The notes beneath the pieces are model-generated. The model ran no database searches, was not told the DNA's origin, and was given only the letters and a program-made list of their open reading frames with translations. This document shows, piece after piece, positions 11,815 through 22,281 of a stretch of 64,000 nucleotides of DNA. This DNA comes from Betaproteobacteria bacterium. GTDB lineage: Bacteria; Pseudomonadota; Gammaproteobacteria; Burkholderiales; SG8-39. Position numbers and translations under genes: made by a program. Each line of letters starts with the position of its first letter. Within the stretch, counting starts at the first letter, position 1. The DNA lies in the NCBI GenBank assembly GCA_004297625.1, contig SCTY01000028.1, positions 8,848 to 72,847 on the forward strand. Reading direction: 5' to 3'.

Positions 11815-12133
11815 CGCGGCACGCCCGGAGCACGACGCGCTGGTGCCGGTGCTCACCGAAATCGTCGAGGACGAGGCCGGCACGCGCTCGCCCGCGGTCA
11901 GCGCCGCCGCGCTGGAAGCGCTGGCGCGCGAGCTGGAACGCGCCGTGCTTGAGCGTCTCGGACCCGAGGTGGATCGCGTGATCGAGGAGCGCCTGGCGCG
12001 CACGCTGTCCAAAGTGCTCGGGCTGGCGCTCGACACGGTGCGCGCGGAGCTCACGGTGAGCGTCACCCAGATGGTGCGCGAGGCGGTCGCCGCCTCGGTC
12101 GCGCACGCGCTCGCTCTTCCCCCGAAGGACTGA
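11807..12133 (+). CDS. Hypothetical protein
   Basis: 108-aa ORF with coding-like GC3. It overlaps the holC stop by 8 nt and ends 2 nt before valS. Confidence 0.55.
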   Translation: MSDAARPEHDALVPVLTEIVEDEAGTRSPAVSAAALEALARELERAVLERLGPEVDRVIEERLARTLSKVLGLALDTVRAELTVSVTQMVREAVAASVAHALALPPKD

Positions 12134-12134
12134 A

Positions 12135-14906
12135 GTGCTCGACAAGAGCTTCAACCCGGCCGCGATCGAGCAGGCCTGGTACCAGCGATGGGAGTCGGCC
12201 GGCCACTTCGCCGACAAGGGCCATCAGCAGCCGGCGTACTGCATCCAGCTGCCCCCGCCGAACGTCACCGGCACGCTGCACATGGGTCACGCGTTCCAGC
12301 AGACGCTGATGGACGCGCTCGTCCGTTACCACCGCATGCGCGGCTTCAACACCAACTGGGTCGTCGGCACGGACCACGCCGGCATCGCCACGCAAATCGT
12401 CGTCGAGCGCCAGCTCGAGGAAGAAGGCAAAAGCCGCCACGACCTCGGGCGCGAGAAATTCGTCGAGCGCGTGTGGCAGTGGAAGCAGCGATCGGGAGCG
12501 ACGATCACGCGGCAGATGCGCCGGCTCGGCACCTCGGCAAACTGGAGCTATGCCGACACCGAGAAGCAGAAAGCCGGCTACTTCACCATGGACGCGCACA
12601 TGTCGCGCGCCGTGGTGGAAGTATTCGTCCAGCTGTTCGAGCAAGGGCTGATCTACCGCGGCAAGCGCCTCGTCAACTGGGACCCGGTGCTCGGCACCGC
12701 GGTATCGGACCTCGAGGTCGATATCGAAGAAGAGGACGGCAAAATCTGGGAGATCCGCTATCCGTTCGAGGACGGCGGCGGCGCGCTCGTCGTCGCGACG
12801 ACGCGGCCGGAAACCATGCTCGGCGACCTCGCCGTTGCCGTTCACCCGGATGATGCGCGCTACAAACCTCTCGTCGGAAAGCGCACGCGGCTACCGCTTA
12901 CGGGCCGCACGATCCCGGTGATCGCCGACGAATACGTGGATCCGGCGTTCGGCACCGGATGCGTGAAGATCACGCCGGGCCACGACTTCAACGACTACCA
13001 GGTCGGCAAGCGCCACGGCCTCGAGCCGATCAGCATTCTTACGCTCGACGCACGCCTGAACGACCAGGCGCCCGCGCAATACCGGGGACTCGAGCGCTTC
13101 GAGGCCCGCAAACGAATCATCGAGGACCTGAAGAAGCAGAATCTCCTCGTTTCGGAGAAACCGTACAAGCTGCGCGTGCCGCGCTCGGGGCGCACCGGCG
13201 TCATCGTCGAGCCGATGCTCACCGATCAATGGTTCGTAAGCATGGAAAGCCTGGCGCGCGACGGGCTCGAGGTGGTGGCGCGCGGCGAGGTCAAGTTCTT
13301 TCCCGAGCACTGGACCGTCACCTACAACCAGTGGCTCGAGAACATCCAGGACTGGTGCATCTCGCGCCAGCTATGGTGGGGTCACCAGATTCCCGCGTGG
13401 TACGACGACCGCGGGAAAGTTTTTGTAGGCAGAACCGAAGAAGAAGTAAGACGAAAACATGGCATCCGTTCTCCTCTGAGGCGCGATCCGGACGTGCTCG
13501 ACACCTGGTTCTCCTCGGCGCTCGTGCCCTTCTCTTCGCTCGGCTGGCCGGAGAAGACGCAGGACCTGGAAACGTTCCTGCCCTCCTCCGTGCTCGTCAC
13601 GGGGTTCGACATCATCTTCTTCTGGGTGGCGCGCATGGTCATGATGACGCGCCACTTCACCGGCAAGGTGCCCTTTCGCCACGTGTACATCAACGCCATC
13701 GTGCGCGATGCCGAGGGCGAGAAGATGTCGAAGTCGAAGGGCAACACGCTGGATCCGCTCGACCTCATCGACGGCATCACTTTCGACAATCTGCTGAAGA
13801 AGTCCACGGTGGGGCTGCTGAGAGCCGAGCACCGGCAAAAAATAGAAGCCTACGTGCGCGCGCATTTTTCGAAGGGCATCCCGGCATTCGGCGCCGACGC
13901 GCTGCGCTTCACCTTCGCCTCGCTCGCGAGCTTCTCGCGCACGCTCAACTTCGACCTCAGCCGCTGCGAAGGCTACCGCAACTTCTGCAACAAGCTCTGG
14001 AACGCGACCCGCTTCGTCCTCATGAACACCGAGGGAAAGGATTGCGGGCGCGACGAGAAGCTGCCCGTGAAGCTCGGCTTCATCGACCGCTGGATCGTGA
14101 GCCGCCTGCAGCGCGTGGAAGCGGAAGTCGAGCAGGGGTTCGCGGAGTACCGCTTCGACAACGTGGCGAACGCGATCTACCGGTTCGTATGGGACGAGTA
14201 CTGCGACTGGTACGTGGAGCTCGCGAAGCTCCAGCTGCAAAGCGAGGATCCCGAGGTGCAAAGGGGCACCCGACGCACCCTGGTACGGGTGCTCGAAACC
14301 GCCTTGCGGCTCGCGCATCCGATCATCCCGTTCATCACCGAGGAGCTCTGGCAGAAGGTCGCGCCGCTCGCCGCAAAGCGGGGCGACACGGTGATGCTGC
14401 AGCCGTACCCGAAATCGCAGCCGGAAAAGCTCGACGAGTCGGCCGAACGCGACATGGCCGTGCTCAAGGAATGGACGGTGGCGGCGCGCAACCTGCGGGC
14501 CGAGGCAAAGATCGCTCCCGCCGAGAAGGTGCTGCTGCTCAGAACGGGCGATCCCGCGCTTTCGGATCCGGCGAGCGCCGCAAGCGCGATTTCGGCGCTT
14601 GCCCGCCTGAGCGGCTTCGAAAAGCGCGCACAGCTGCCCGATTCAACAGCGCCCGTGGCGGTCGTCGGGGACGCGCGCATCATGCTCTACAAGGAAGTCG
14701 ATCCCGCCGCGGAGCGCGAGCGCCTGAGCAAGGAATCGGCGCGCCTCGAAAGCGAGATCGGCAAGGCCAAAGCGAAGCTCGGCAACGCGTCGTTCGTCGA
14801 GCGGGCGCCGGCGAAGGTGGTGGAGCAGGAGCGCGAGCGCCTCGCCAGCTTCCAGACCACGCTCACCAAGGTTAGGGAGCAGCTCGAGAAGCTCGCCTCG
14901 CAGTGA
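12135..14906 (+). CDS. valS: Valine--tRNA ligase
   Basis: 923 aa with the HMGH and KMSKS motifs and a C-terminal coiled coil. Confidence 0.97.
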   Translation: MLDKSFNPAAIEQAWYQRWESAGHFADKGHQQPAYCIQLPPPNVTGTLHMGHAFQQTLMDALVRYHRMRGFNTNWVVGTDHAGIATQIVVERQLEEEGKSRHDLGREKFVERVWQWKQRSGATITRQMRRLGTSANWSYADTEKQKAGYFTMDAHMSRAVVEVFVQLFEQGLIYRGKRLVNWDPVLGTAVSDLEVDIEEEDGKIWEIRYPFEDGGGALVVATTRPETMLGDLAVAVHPDDARYKPLVGKRTRLPLTGRTIPVIADEYVDPAFGTGCVKITPGHDFNDYQVGKRHGLEPISILTLDARLNDQAPAQYRGLERFEARKRIIEDLKKQNLLVSEKPYKLRVPRSGRTGVIVEPMLTDQWFVSMESLARDGLEVVARGEVKFFPEHWTVTYNQWLENIQDWCISRQLWWGHQIPAWYDDRGKVFVGRTEEEVRRKHGIRSPLRRDPDVLDTWFSSALVPFSSLGWPEKTQDLETFLPSSVLVTGFDIIFFWVARMVMMTRHFTGKVPFRHVYINAIVRDAEGEKMSKSKGNTLDPLDLIDGITFDNLLKKSTVGLLRAEHRQKIEAYVRAHFSKGIPAFGADALRFTFASLASFSRTLNFDLSRCEGYRNFCNKLWNATRFVLMNTEGKDCGRDEKLPVKLGFIDRWIVSRLQRVEAEVEQGFAEYRFDNVANAIYRFVWDEYCDWYVELAKLQLQSEDPEVQRGTRRTLVRVLETALRLAHPIIPFITEELWQKVAPLAAKRGDTVMLQPYPKSQPEKLDESAERDMAVLKEWTVAARNLRAEAKIAPAEKVLLLRTGDPALSDPASAASAISALARLSGFEKRAQLPDSTAPVAVVGDARIMLYKEVDPAAERERLSKESARLESEIGKAKAKLGNASFVERAPAKVVEQERERLASFQTTLTKVREQLEKLASQ

Positions 14907-16147
14907 GGCTCGCGCACGGCCTGCGGGCGCTGCGGCACCGCAATTTCCGCCTGTTCTTCGCCGGCCAGGGCGTATCGCAGATCGGCACCTGGCTGCAGCT
15001 CATCGCGACGAGCTGGCTCGTATACCGCCTGTCGGGCTCTGCTTTCCTGCTGGGACTCGCCGCCTTCGCGATGCAGATTCCGTTCCTCGTCCTCGCTCCG
15101 CTCGCCGGCGTGTTCGTCGACCGGCTCGATCGGCGCCGGGTCCTGCTCGTGACCAATAGCGTGGCCGCCGCGCAGGCAACGGCCATGTTTTCCGTCGTAG
15201 CGCTCGGCGTGGTGCAGCCGTGGCACCTCGTCGCCGGCAACCTGGTGCTCGGTATCGTCAATGCGTGCGACTCTCCCGCACGCCAGGCGCTGCTCATCCA
15301 GCTGGTCGGAGGGCGCGCCGATCTGCCGAGCGCAATCGCGCTCAATTCGATCATGATGAACATGGCGCGCTTCGTCGGACCGATGCTGGGCGGGGCGCTG
15401 ATCGCCACGCTCGGCGAGCGCTGGGGCTTCGCCGCGAACGCCGCGTCGTATTTCGCCATGCTGCTCGCGCTGTCACGCATACCGAGCGTCGCCAGCGTTT
15501 TCGTGCCGGCCGAGCAAGGCCTGCTGCGCCAGCTCGCGGCCGGCGTGCGCTATGCGTTCGGCTTTCTGCCGGCGCGCAGCGCCCTGCTGCTGCTCGCAGC
15601 GACCAGCGTCACCGCGGGGTCCTATGCCGCGCAGATGCCCTGGTTCGCGCGCGAGGCGTTCGACGGCGACTCGCGCACGCTTGGCTGGCTGATCTCTTCG
15701 GCCGGTCTCGGCGCCGTGACCGGCATGTTCTATCTCGCCATGCGCCCGGGAATCCGCGGGCTCTTCAGGCTCCTCGCATGGACCGCGGCGACGACCAGCG
15801 CAGCGCTTTCGGTGTTTTCCCTGTCGACGTCGCTGTGGGTCGCGCTGCCCGCGCTTTACATCATCGGGCTGGGGCTCATGCTGACCGCCGCGTCCACGAA
15901 CACGCTGCTGCAAAGCATCGTGCCCGACGAGCTGCGCGGACGCGTCGCTTCGCTTTACATCATGTCGTTCATCGGCATGACGCCGCTCGGCGCGCTAGCG
16001 ACGGGCTGGGTCGCCGAGCGCGCGGGACCGCCGCATACCCTCGCCGTGTGCGGACTGCTCGGCATCGCGGCCGCGGCGCTGTACCGCACGCGGCTGCACG
16101 CCATCCGCCGCGAGATTCGTCCGCTCTACGAGAAGCTGGGCGCGTAG
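14903..16147 (+). CDS. MFS transporter (EntS/MFS_3-like)
   Basis: 414 aa with about 12 TM segments, beginning [34 protein letters not shown] overlap with the valS stop. Confidence 0.85.
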   Translation: MRLAHGLRALRHRNFRLFFAGQGVSQIGTWLQLIATSWLVYRLSGSAFLLGLAAFAMQIPFLVLAPLAGVFVDRLDRRRVLLVTNSVAAAQATAMFSVVALGVVQPWHLVAGNLVLGIVNACDSPARQALLIQLVGGRADLPSAIALNSIMMNMARFVGPMLGGALIATLGERWGFAANAASYFAMLLALSRIPSVASVFVPAEQGLLRQLAAGVRYAFGFLPARSALLLLAATSVTAGSYAAQMPWFAREAFDGDSRTLGWLISSAGLGAVTGMFYLAMRPGIRGLFRLLAWTAATTSAALSVFSLSTSLWVALPALYIIGLGLMLTAASTNTLLQSIVPDELRGRVASLYIMSFIGMTPLGALATGWVAERAGPPHTLAVCGLLGIAAAALYRTRLHAIRREIRPLYEKLGA

Positions 16148-16620
16148 GCGAGCGCTTTTTCCGGCTCGCTCGGCCACGAGTAATCGAACTCCCAGCCGTG
16201 CTGCGCCTCGAGACGCAGCCGGAACGCTTCCTCCAGCGCCGCCGAGGGCGTTTCCAGGCACTGCGCCGGAAAATGCAGCAGGAAGCTCGACGCGACCACG
16301 GCGCATTCGCCGATTGCCCTTACGGTGCTGTCGGCGATCCTGCGCCCGTGCAGCCAGATCGCCTCGCCTTCGAGATAGGCCGCGAGGCCGAATTGGCGAT
16401 ACGTCGCGATGGCGGGCGCGAGACCCCACGACAACCAGCGCGCGGCACGGCCCGGCGCGAGCTTGCGCGGCGCAATCAGCGCGAAGAGATACTGCGTTTG
16501 CGACTGCGCCCACAGCAGCACAGGCGGCGCGCCGGCGACTTGCGCGGCGGCGAGCCGCGCCGCCACCGCCTCGAAGTCGTAAGACTCGGTTGCGCCGAGC
16601 CGGATCCAGCGCGCTTTCAT
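16126..16620 (-). CDS. Hypothetical protein (product unassigned)
   Basis: 164 aa from ATG at 16620 with coding-like GC3. Only a vague resemblance to the BPL/LplA fold, which I do not rely on. Confidence 0.45.
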   Translation of the reverse strand: MKARWIRLGATESYDFEAVAARLAAAQVAGAPPVLLWAQSQTQYLFALIAPRKLAPGRAARWLSWGLAPAIATYRQFGLAAYLEGEAIWLHGRRIADSTVRAIGECAVVASSFLLHFPAQCLETPSAALEEAFRLRLEAQHGWEFDYSWPSEPEKALAYAPSFS

Positions 16621-16646
16621 GCGACCGATTATTTCACAATCCGCGA

Positions 16647-17132
16647 CTAAAGCTCGATGTCTTCGCGGATCGCTTCGATGCCCGCTTCGGCGCAGGCGTC
16701 GTCCTCGCGTCCGCCGGGCGCGCCCGACACGCCGATCGCGCCAAGCAGCGAGCCGCCCGCTTCGATCATCTTGCCGCCGCCGACGGCAGCGACGCCGGGA
16801 CGGTTGCGAACGCCGCTCTGCGCGCTGCCCGGCTGAGTCGCGGCGGCGAGCTCGCTCGTATTGGTGCGAAAGCTCACCGCGGTGTAGGCCTTGGCAGTTG
16901 CCATGTCGGGCGTGTGCGGACCGGCGAAGCGATCCCGCAGCAAGACTTGCACCACGCCCATGCGGTCGACGACCGCGACGGTTGCCTGGTAGCCCGCATC
17001 GCGGCATTTCTTGAGCGCGGCCTGGGCCGCCTTGAGCGCGGTTTCGGGAGTAAGCACGCGAACCGCAAAGGTCGCCTGAGCGCCCGCGCAGGCAGACAGC
17101 ATGAGCAACGTGACAAAAGCCGCAAGCCTCAT
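16647..17132 (-). CDS. GlcG/HbpS-like (DUF336) haem-binding family protein, probable lipoprotein
   Basis: 161 aa with a signal peptide and an LSAC lipobox. It has the GGGxxI...GAIGVSG motif typical of DUF336. Confidence 0.8.
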   Translation of the reverse strand: MRLAAFVTLLMLSACAGAQATFAVRVLTPETALKAAQAALKKCRDAGYQATVAVVDRMGVVQVLLRDRFAGPHTPDMATAKAYTAVSFRTNTSELAAATQPGSAQSGVRNRPGVAAVGGGKMIEAGGSLLGAIGVSGAPGGREDDACAEAGIEAIREDIEL

Positions 17133-17158
17133 TTGTTCACAGTATAAGATGTGGGCCG

Positions 17159-18094
17159 ATGGAGTCCTGGCTCGCCACGGTCACGCAGCTCTCCACCGAG
17201 GATCCGGCCGCGCGCATGCGCGTGCTGCGCACCCTGGAGTCGCTCGGTGCCGCAGTCATGCGCGAGGGCGTCTACCTGCTTCCCGACACGCCGGCGAACC
17301 GCGAATCGCTGCATGCGCTCATCGAGTACGTGGGCAAGGGCGCCGGAGCCGCGCAGGTGCTGCACGTGACGCCGGCTTCGCCCGCGCAGGACGAAGCGTT
17401 CAAGCGGCTGTTCGACCGCTCCGCTCGTTACGACGACCTGACCAAGACCGTGGAGAGCTTGAGCATAGGCTACGGGAAGGCGGATCCGAGCGCCATTTCC
17501 CGCGTGCTGCATAAGCAGCGCCGCGATTTGAACGCCATCGCGGCGCTGGATTTCTTCCCGACGCCCGCGCGCAGCCGCGCGCAACAGGCGATCGCGACAG
17601 CGGAAGCGGCGGTCAAGAAACTGCTTTACGCGCAGTCGCAGACCGACATCGCGCCGAGCGAGAGCCTGCAGCGGCGCACCTGGGCAACGCGCAAGCCGCT
17701 GTGGGCCGACCGGCTGGCAAGCGCCTGGCTGCTGCGCCGCTTCGTCGACCCGGAAGCCACGATCGTCTGGCTCGAAAAAGGCCAGGAGCCGCCCGAAGGA
17801 GCGCTCGGCTTCGGCTTCGACGGCGCGCATTTCCCGAACAGCGAGGCGCGCGTCAGTTTCGAGGAGATGCTCGCGCAGCTCAAGCTGGCCGACAACGCCG
17901 CGCTCGTGAAGATCGGGAGCATGGTGCACTTCCTCGAAGTGGGCGGCACGCCCGTTCCGGAAGCCGCGGGGGTCCAGACGCTGCTCCAGGGCGCATCGCG
18001 CCGCGCGCGCACCCCGGACGAGCTCCTCGCCGAAGCCGAAAAGACCTTCGATCTCCTCTACGAGGCGTACTTCGAGCCGGCGAAGCGCGGCTAG
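17159..18094 (+). CDS. ChrB-domain protein
   Basis: 311 aa. The C-terminal half (WATRKPLWADRLASAWLLRRFVDPEATIVWL...) matches the Chrome_Resist/ChrB family. No chrA lies nearby. Confidence 0.7.
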   Translation: MESWLATVTQLSTEDPAARMRVLRTLESLGAAVMREGVYLLPDTPANRESLHALIEYVGKGAGAAQVLHVTPASPAQDEAFKRLFDRSARYDDLTKTVESLSIGYGKADPSAISRVLHKQRRDLNAIAALDFFPTPARSRAQQAIATAEAAVKKLLYAQSQTDIAPSESLQRRTWATRKPLWADRLASAWLLRRFVDPEATIVWLEKGQEPPEGALGFGFDGAHFPNSEARVSFEEMLAQLKLADNAALVKIGSMVHFLEVGGTPVPEAAGVQTLLQGASRRARTPDELLAEAEKTFDLLYEAYFEPAKRG

Positions 18095-19521
18095 CGCTTG
18101 GCTTCCTGCGACTGCAGCGTGCGCAGCTCCTTGAGCCGCGCGTCCACCACCGAGAGCTGGTAGAAATCGCCGTCGCCGGCGCTGCGCGCGAGCTGCAGCT
18201 GCTCGATCGCCGCCGGGAGGCTGCCTTGCAAAGCGTAATACTCGGCCTGCGCCTGGTGCTGGAGCAGCCGCTTGCCCAGCGCTGCATACGATCTCGACTG
18301 CAGCTCGCGAAGCCGCGGGTCGCTCGGATAGGAGCGCACCGCGTCCACGAGCGCTGCGGCAGCGTCGGCCTCCCGTCCCGAATCGAGCAGCGCGCCGACA
18401 TGCGCGTACAGCAGCGGCCGCGAGTGCGGGTAGTGCGCGCGCGCCTGGGCGAGCAGCTTTTCGGCGCCCGAGCTGTCGCCGAGCGCCTGCTTTACGCGGG
18501 CGGCGAGCGTTTCGATCATGGGGTCCGCTGCGCCGCTCGCGCGCAGCCGCGCGAGCTCCGCGTCGGCTTCCTTGGCGCGCCGGACGCGCAGCAGCGCGCT
18601 TACCAGACCGTAGCGCGCGGCCGCCTCGCTGGCGTAGCGCTTCTCGGCAACCGAGCTCTGGAAGTGCGCTACCGCGTCGTCCGCGTCGCCGCCCTCGGCG
18701 CGCAGCTTCGCCCGCACGAGGTAGAACTCCAGGCTGTCGAGATGCTGCTTGTACGGCAGCGACGCGACTTTGTTCTGCATGTCCGCGATGCGCTCGGTGG
18801 TCAGCGGGTGCGTACGCATATAGCCCGGGACCACGCTGTCGTCGCTCACGCGCTGGGTGCGCTGCATCTTCTCGAAAAACGCCGCCATCGCGCGCGCGTC
18901 GAAACCCGCGGCGGCGAGTGCCTCCAGGCCGACGCGGTCGGCTTCGCGCTCGAAATCCCGGGAGTACGAAAGCTGGGTGGATACGGCGCCCGCCTGGGCG
19001 GCGGCGGCCGCACCGGAAGCGAGATCGGGTCGCGAGCGTCCGAACAGGATCGCCGCCGCGATCGCTGCCATGACGGGCAGCTGCATCCGCTGCTCCTGCC
19101 CGAGCATGCGCGCGATGTGCCGCTGCGTGACGTGCCCCATTTCGTGCGCCAGCACTGAAGCGAGCTCGGATTCGTTGTCGGCCGTGGCGATCAGGCCGGT
19201 ATTCACGCCGATGAAGCCGCCGGGCAACGAGAACGCGTTGATCGACGAGTCGCGCACGGCGAAGAACTCGAAATCCTGGCGCGTGCCGGGCATGGCGCGG
19301 GCGATGCGCGCCCCGATCACCCCGAGGTACGCGGAGATCTCCGGGTCGTCGATGAACGACGGATCGCGCCGCATGTCGCGCATGATGCTTTCGCCCAGGC
19401 GCCGCTCCATCTGCGGCGAGAGCACGGCCTCCGCGCTGCCGCCGAGATCGGGCAGCGCCTGCGCCCAGGCGCGCGGCGCAGCCGCGATGGCGGCTGCAGC
19501 AAGAATCGCAAGCACTCGCAT
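18091..19521 (-). CDS. M48-family periplasmic metalloprotease with TPR domain (BepA/YfgC-like)
   Basis: Signal peptide [25 protein letters not shown] zinc motif and C-terminal TPR repeats. The track ORF is over-extended to 19788. Confidence 0.9.
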   Translation of the reverse strand: MRVLAILAAAAIAAAPRAWAQALPDLGGSAEAVLSPQMERRLGESIMRDMRRDPSFIDDPEISAYLGVIGARIARAMPGTRQDFEFFAVRDSSINAFSLPGGFIGVNTGLIATADNESELASVLAHEMGHVTQRHIARMLGQEQRMQLPVMAAIAAAILFGRSRPDLASGAAAAAQAGAVSTQLSYSRDFEREADRVGLEALAAAGFDARAMAAFFEKMQRTQRVSDDSVVPGYMRTHPLTTERIADMQNKVASLPYKQHLDSLEFYLVRAKLRAEGGDADDAVAHFQSSVAEKRYASEAAARYGLVSALLRVRRAKEADAELARLRASGAADPMIETLAARVKQALGDSSGAEKLLAQARAHYPHSRPLLYAHVGALLDSGREADAAAALVDAVRSYPSDPRLRELQSRSYAALGKRLLQHQAQAEYYALQGSLPAAIEQLQLARSAGDGDFYQLSVVDARLKELRTLQSQEAKR

Positions 19522-19554
19522 ATGTTTATGATAACGCCCCGCATGGGCCGAAAA

Positions 19555-20043
19555 ATGACACGCGCGCTCAGCCACTTCGATGCGCAAGGCGCGGCGCACA
19601 TGGTGGACGTGGGCGCGAAGGACAGCACGCACCGGATTGCCATCGCCTCGGGGCGCATCCACATGAGCCCGGCGACGTTCCGCCTGGTGGCGGCCGGCCG
19701 CGCGAAAAAGGGCGACGTGCTCGGCGTGGCGCGCATTGCCGCGATCCAGGCCGCCAAGCGCACGCCGGAGCTGATTCCGCTCGCGCACCCGCTGCCCATC
19801 ACGCGGGTCGCGGTGGATTTCGAGCTGCAGGCGAAGACTTCGTGCATCGCGATCCGGACGCAGGTGGAATGCCGCGGCCAGACCGGCGTGGAAATGGAGG
19901 CCCTCACCGCGGCGGCCGTCGGCCTGCTCACGATCTACGACATGGTGAAGGCGGTGGACCGCGGCATGCGGCTCACCGAGCTGCGCCTTGAGGAAAAACG
20001 CGGCGGCAAATCGGGCACGTACGCGCGCAGGCGCGGCAAATGA
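19555..20043 (+). CDS. moaC: Cyclic pyranopterin monophosphate synthase
   Basis: [29 protein letters not shown]...[18 protein letters not shown]. The start is uncertain (ATG at 19522, 19543 or 19555). Confidence 0.9.
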   Translation: MTRALSHFDAQGAAHMVDVGAKDSTHRIAIASGRIHMSPATFRLVAAGRAKKGDVLGVARIAAIQAAKRTPELIPLAHPLPITRVAVDFELQAKTSCIAIRTQVECRGQTGVEMEALTAAAVGLLTIYDMVKAVDRGMRLTELRLEEKRGGKSGTYARRRGK

Positions 20044-21899
20044 GGCAAGTGCGCGTCATCGACACCGGCATCCGCGCCGGCACGCAGAACGTGGCGTTCG
20101 ACCAGGCGCTCATCGAGGCGCGCAACGCCGGCCGCGTGCCGGAGACGGTGCGCTTCCTGAAGTTTCGCCCGTCGGCGCTTGTCGGCCTGCACCAGATACT
20201 CAGCCATGAAGTCCGGCTCGAGTACTGCCGCGCCCACGGGATCGAGGTGGGACGGCGCATCACCGGCGGCGGCGGGCTGTACCTCGACGGCGGCCAGATC
20301 GGCTGGGAGCTCGCCCTCGAGCGCCGCGCCATGGGCGCGGGCCTCGCCTCGATCGCGGCCCGGATCTGCACCGCGGCCGCGGCGGGCTTGCGACGGCTCG
20401 GCGTTCCGGCCGAGTTCCGCCCGCGCAACGACATCGAAGTACACGGCCGCAAGGTGAGCGGCACGGGCGGGCTGGTCGATGGGGAGACGCTCTTTTTCCA
20501 GGGGACGCTGCTCATCGATTTCGACCCGACGCGCATGATCGAAGCGCTGCGCGTGCCGGTCGAGAAGCTGGCGAAGCGCGACCTGGAGGACGCCCGCCGC
20601 CGCGTCACTTCGCTGCGCGAGGTTCTCGGCCGCGTGCCACCGCTCGCCGAGATCCAAAACGCGCTTCTGGAGGGATTCCGCGAGCATCTCGGGCTCGAGC
20701 CCCGATGGGGCGAGGCCACCGAGTACGAGGAGCGCCTCGCGCGCCGGCTGCACGAAGAGGAGTTCGGCACGGACGAATTCATCCGCCTGCTCGACGCGCC
20801 GGCCGACCCCGCGGAGCTGGTGTCGGCATCCCTGGTGCGCCGCGGCGGCACGCTGCGCGCCGACATCCGGCTGGAAGGCCCTGGCCGCGGCCGAATCCGC
20901 GAGGCGCTCATCACCGGCGACTTCTTTGTCAGCCCGCCGCGGGTAGTGTTCGATCTCGAGGCCGCGCTGCGCGGGGTGGCGGTCGCGCAAGCCGGCGCGG
21001 CGGTGGAAGCCTTTTTCGCGCGCAGCGGCGGCGAGCTCGTCGGCTTGAGCCCGCTCGACTTCCGCGAGGTCGTCGAGACCGCCTTAAATCAAATTATCTT
21101 GAATGTAGGCGGGCACGCGTTGCGCGGCCATTGGCGCGGTCCCGCGCCGCAAAGCGCGCCGACGCTCGTTTTCCTGCACGATGCGCTGGGCAGCGTGCGC
21201 CTGTGGCGCGATTTTCCCGACCAGCTCGTGCGCGCCACGGGTTGCGGCGCGCTCGTCTACGATCGCTGGGGCTCGGGCGACTCCGAGCCGCTTGTTCCGC
21301 CTTATTCAAAAAAGTATCTGGCTGAAGAAGCCCTGAAAGCGCTGCCCGAAGTGCTCGACCAAACGGGCGTACGCGAAGCGATCCTCGTCGGCCAATCCGA
21401 CGGCGCGTCCATTGCGCTCGCGCACGCCGGAGCGTTCCCCGAGCGCGTGCGCGGCGTGATCGCGCTCTCGCCGCACCTGTGGCGAGAAGAGAAAACGCTC
21501 GCCGCGATCCGTGACCAGATCGAGGATTTCGAGCACGGCGACCTCAAGGCGCGTCTGCGCCGCCATCACGGCTCGGCCACCGAAGCGCTGTTCGCGCGGC
21601 TGGTGAAGGTATGGACCGCCGAAGGCCCCGGCGCAGGCTGGGGCCTGGAAGAGCATGTCGCGAAACTGCGCTGCCCGGTGCTCGCGATTCAAGGCGAAGA
21701 CGACGAGTTCTTCTCGGTGGCGCAACTCGAGGCGCTGGGGCGACTGATTCCAGGGCGCCTGGAAACGCTGCGCATTCCGGGCAGCGCGCACTACCCGCTG
21801 CATCAGGCGCGCAACGAGGTGCTCGCCGCCTCGATCCGCTTCATCCGCGCCGCTACGGCTTCAGATAGGCATAGCCCTCGCGCTGCTGCAGGCGGGTGA
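20040..21899 (+). CDS. Lipoate--protein ligase (LplA-like, sLpl(AB)-type) fused to a C-terminal alpha/beta-hydrolase
   Basis: 619 aa. The N-terminal ~345 aa is a BPL/LplA catalytic plus C-terminal domain (GRKVSGTGG). The C-terminal ~270 aa is a hydrolase with a GQSDG nucleophile elbow, a GEDDEF Asp and a SAHYPLH His. ATGA overlap with moaC. Confidence 0.85.
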   Translation: MRQVRVIDTGIRAGTQNVAFDQALIEARNAGRVPETVRFLKFRPSALVGLHQILSHEVRLEYCRAHGIEVGRRITGGGGLYLDGGQIGWELALERRAMGAGLASIAARICTAAAAGLRRLGVPAEFRPRNDIEVHGRKVSGTGGLVDGETLFFQGTLLIDFDPTRMIEALRVPVEKLAKRDLEDARRRVTSLREVLGRVPPLAEIQNALLEGFREHLGLEPRWGEATEYEERLARRLHEEEFGTDEFIRLLDAPADPAELVSASLVRRGGTLRADIRLEGPGRGRIREALITGDFFVSPPRVVFDLEAALRGVAVAQAGAAVEAFFARSGGELVGLSPLDFREVVETALNQIILNVGGHALRGHWRGPAPQSAPTLVFLHDALGSVRLWRDFPDQLVRATGCGALVYDRWGSGDSEPLVPPYSKKYLAEEALKALPEVLDQTGVREAILVGQSDGASIALAHAGAFPERVRGVIALSPHLWREEKTLAAIRDQIEDFEHGDLKARLRRHHGSATEALFARLVKVWTAEGPGAGWGLEEHVAKLRCPVLAIQGEDDEFFSVAQLEALGRLIPGRLETLRIPGSAHYPLHQARNEVLAASIRFIRAATASDRHSPRAAAGG

Positions 21900-22281
21900 C
21901 CTCGGCCACGCCTGAGGGCACGTAGGTGACGTACTCGATGAACTGGTCCTTGCTCAGCTTGCGGTTGCGCAGCGTGATCTGGCAGACGTCGAACTGCACG
22001 CCGCGCATCTTGAGCTGCTCGACCAGGTCCTCGTACTTGTTGCCGTTCTTATCCTTGACGCCTTTCATGAGGAAGTCGACCCCGCGCGCATGGGAAACCA
22101 CCACGATCTTGGCGTCGGGGTTGACCTCGAGATGATTGCCGATGTTGCGCAGGCCGTTGGACGCCTGCTCGAGACCGTCGCTGAAGTGATAGACCACCTT
22201 GTCCTGCTTCTCGCCGATCGCGGCACATCCCGCCGCCGCCAGCGCTACCGCGCAAGCCATTGCCCAATTCTTGATCTTCAC
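21853..22281 (-). CDS. DsrE/DsrF-like family protein (COG1416-type), probable lipoprotein
   Basis: 142 aa from a GTG start with signal peptide plus AAAGC lipobox. GTGA overlap with the yeeE stop. It is a paralogue of the ORF at 40033. Confidence 0.75.
   Translation of the reverse strand: MKIKNWAMACAVALAAAGCAAIGEKQDKVVYHFSDGLEQASNGLRNIGNHLEVNPDAKIVVVSHARGVDFLMKGVKDKNGNKYEDLVEQLKMRGVQFDVCQITLRNRKLSKDQFIEYVTYVPSGVAEVTRLQQREGYAYLKP

Noticed and set aside
16126-16620. Idea that this 164-aa ORF is a degenerate second lipoate/biotin ligase related to the sulfur locus
   Set aside because: The resemblance is limited to a short G-x-K/R-I-x-like stretch. No catalytic lysine motif is identifiable by eye. 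It is 4 kb from the cluster among unrelated genes.
17159-18094. ChrB-domain gene as part of a chromate-resistance system
   Set aside because: No chrA transporter or other chr genes are in the window. A lone ChrB-domain protein is not enough to call a system.
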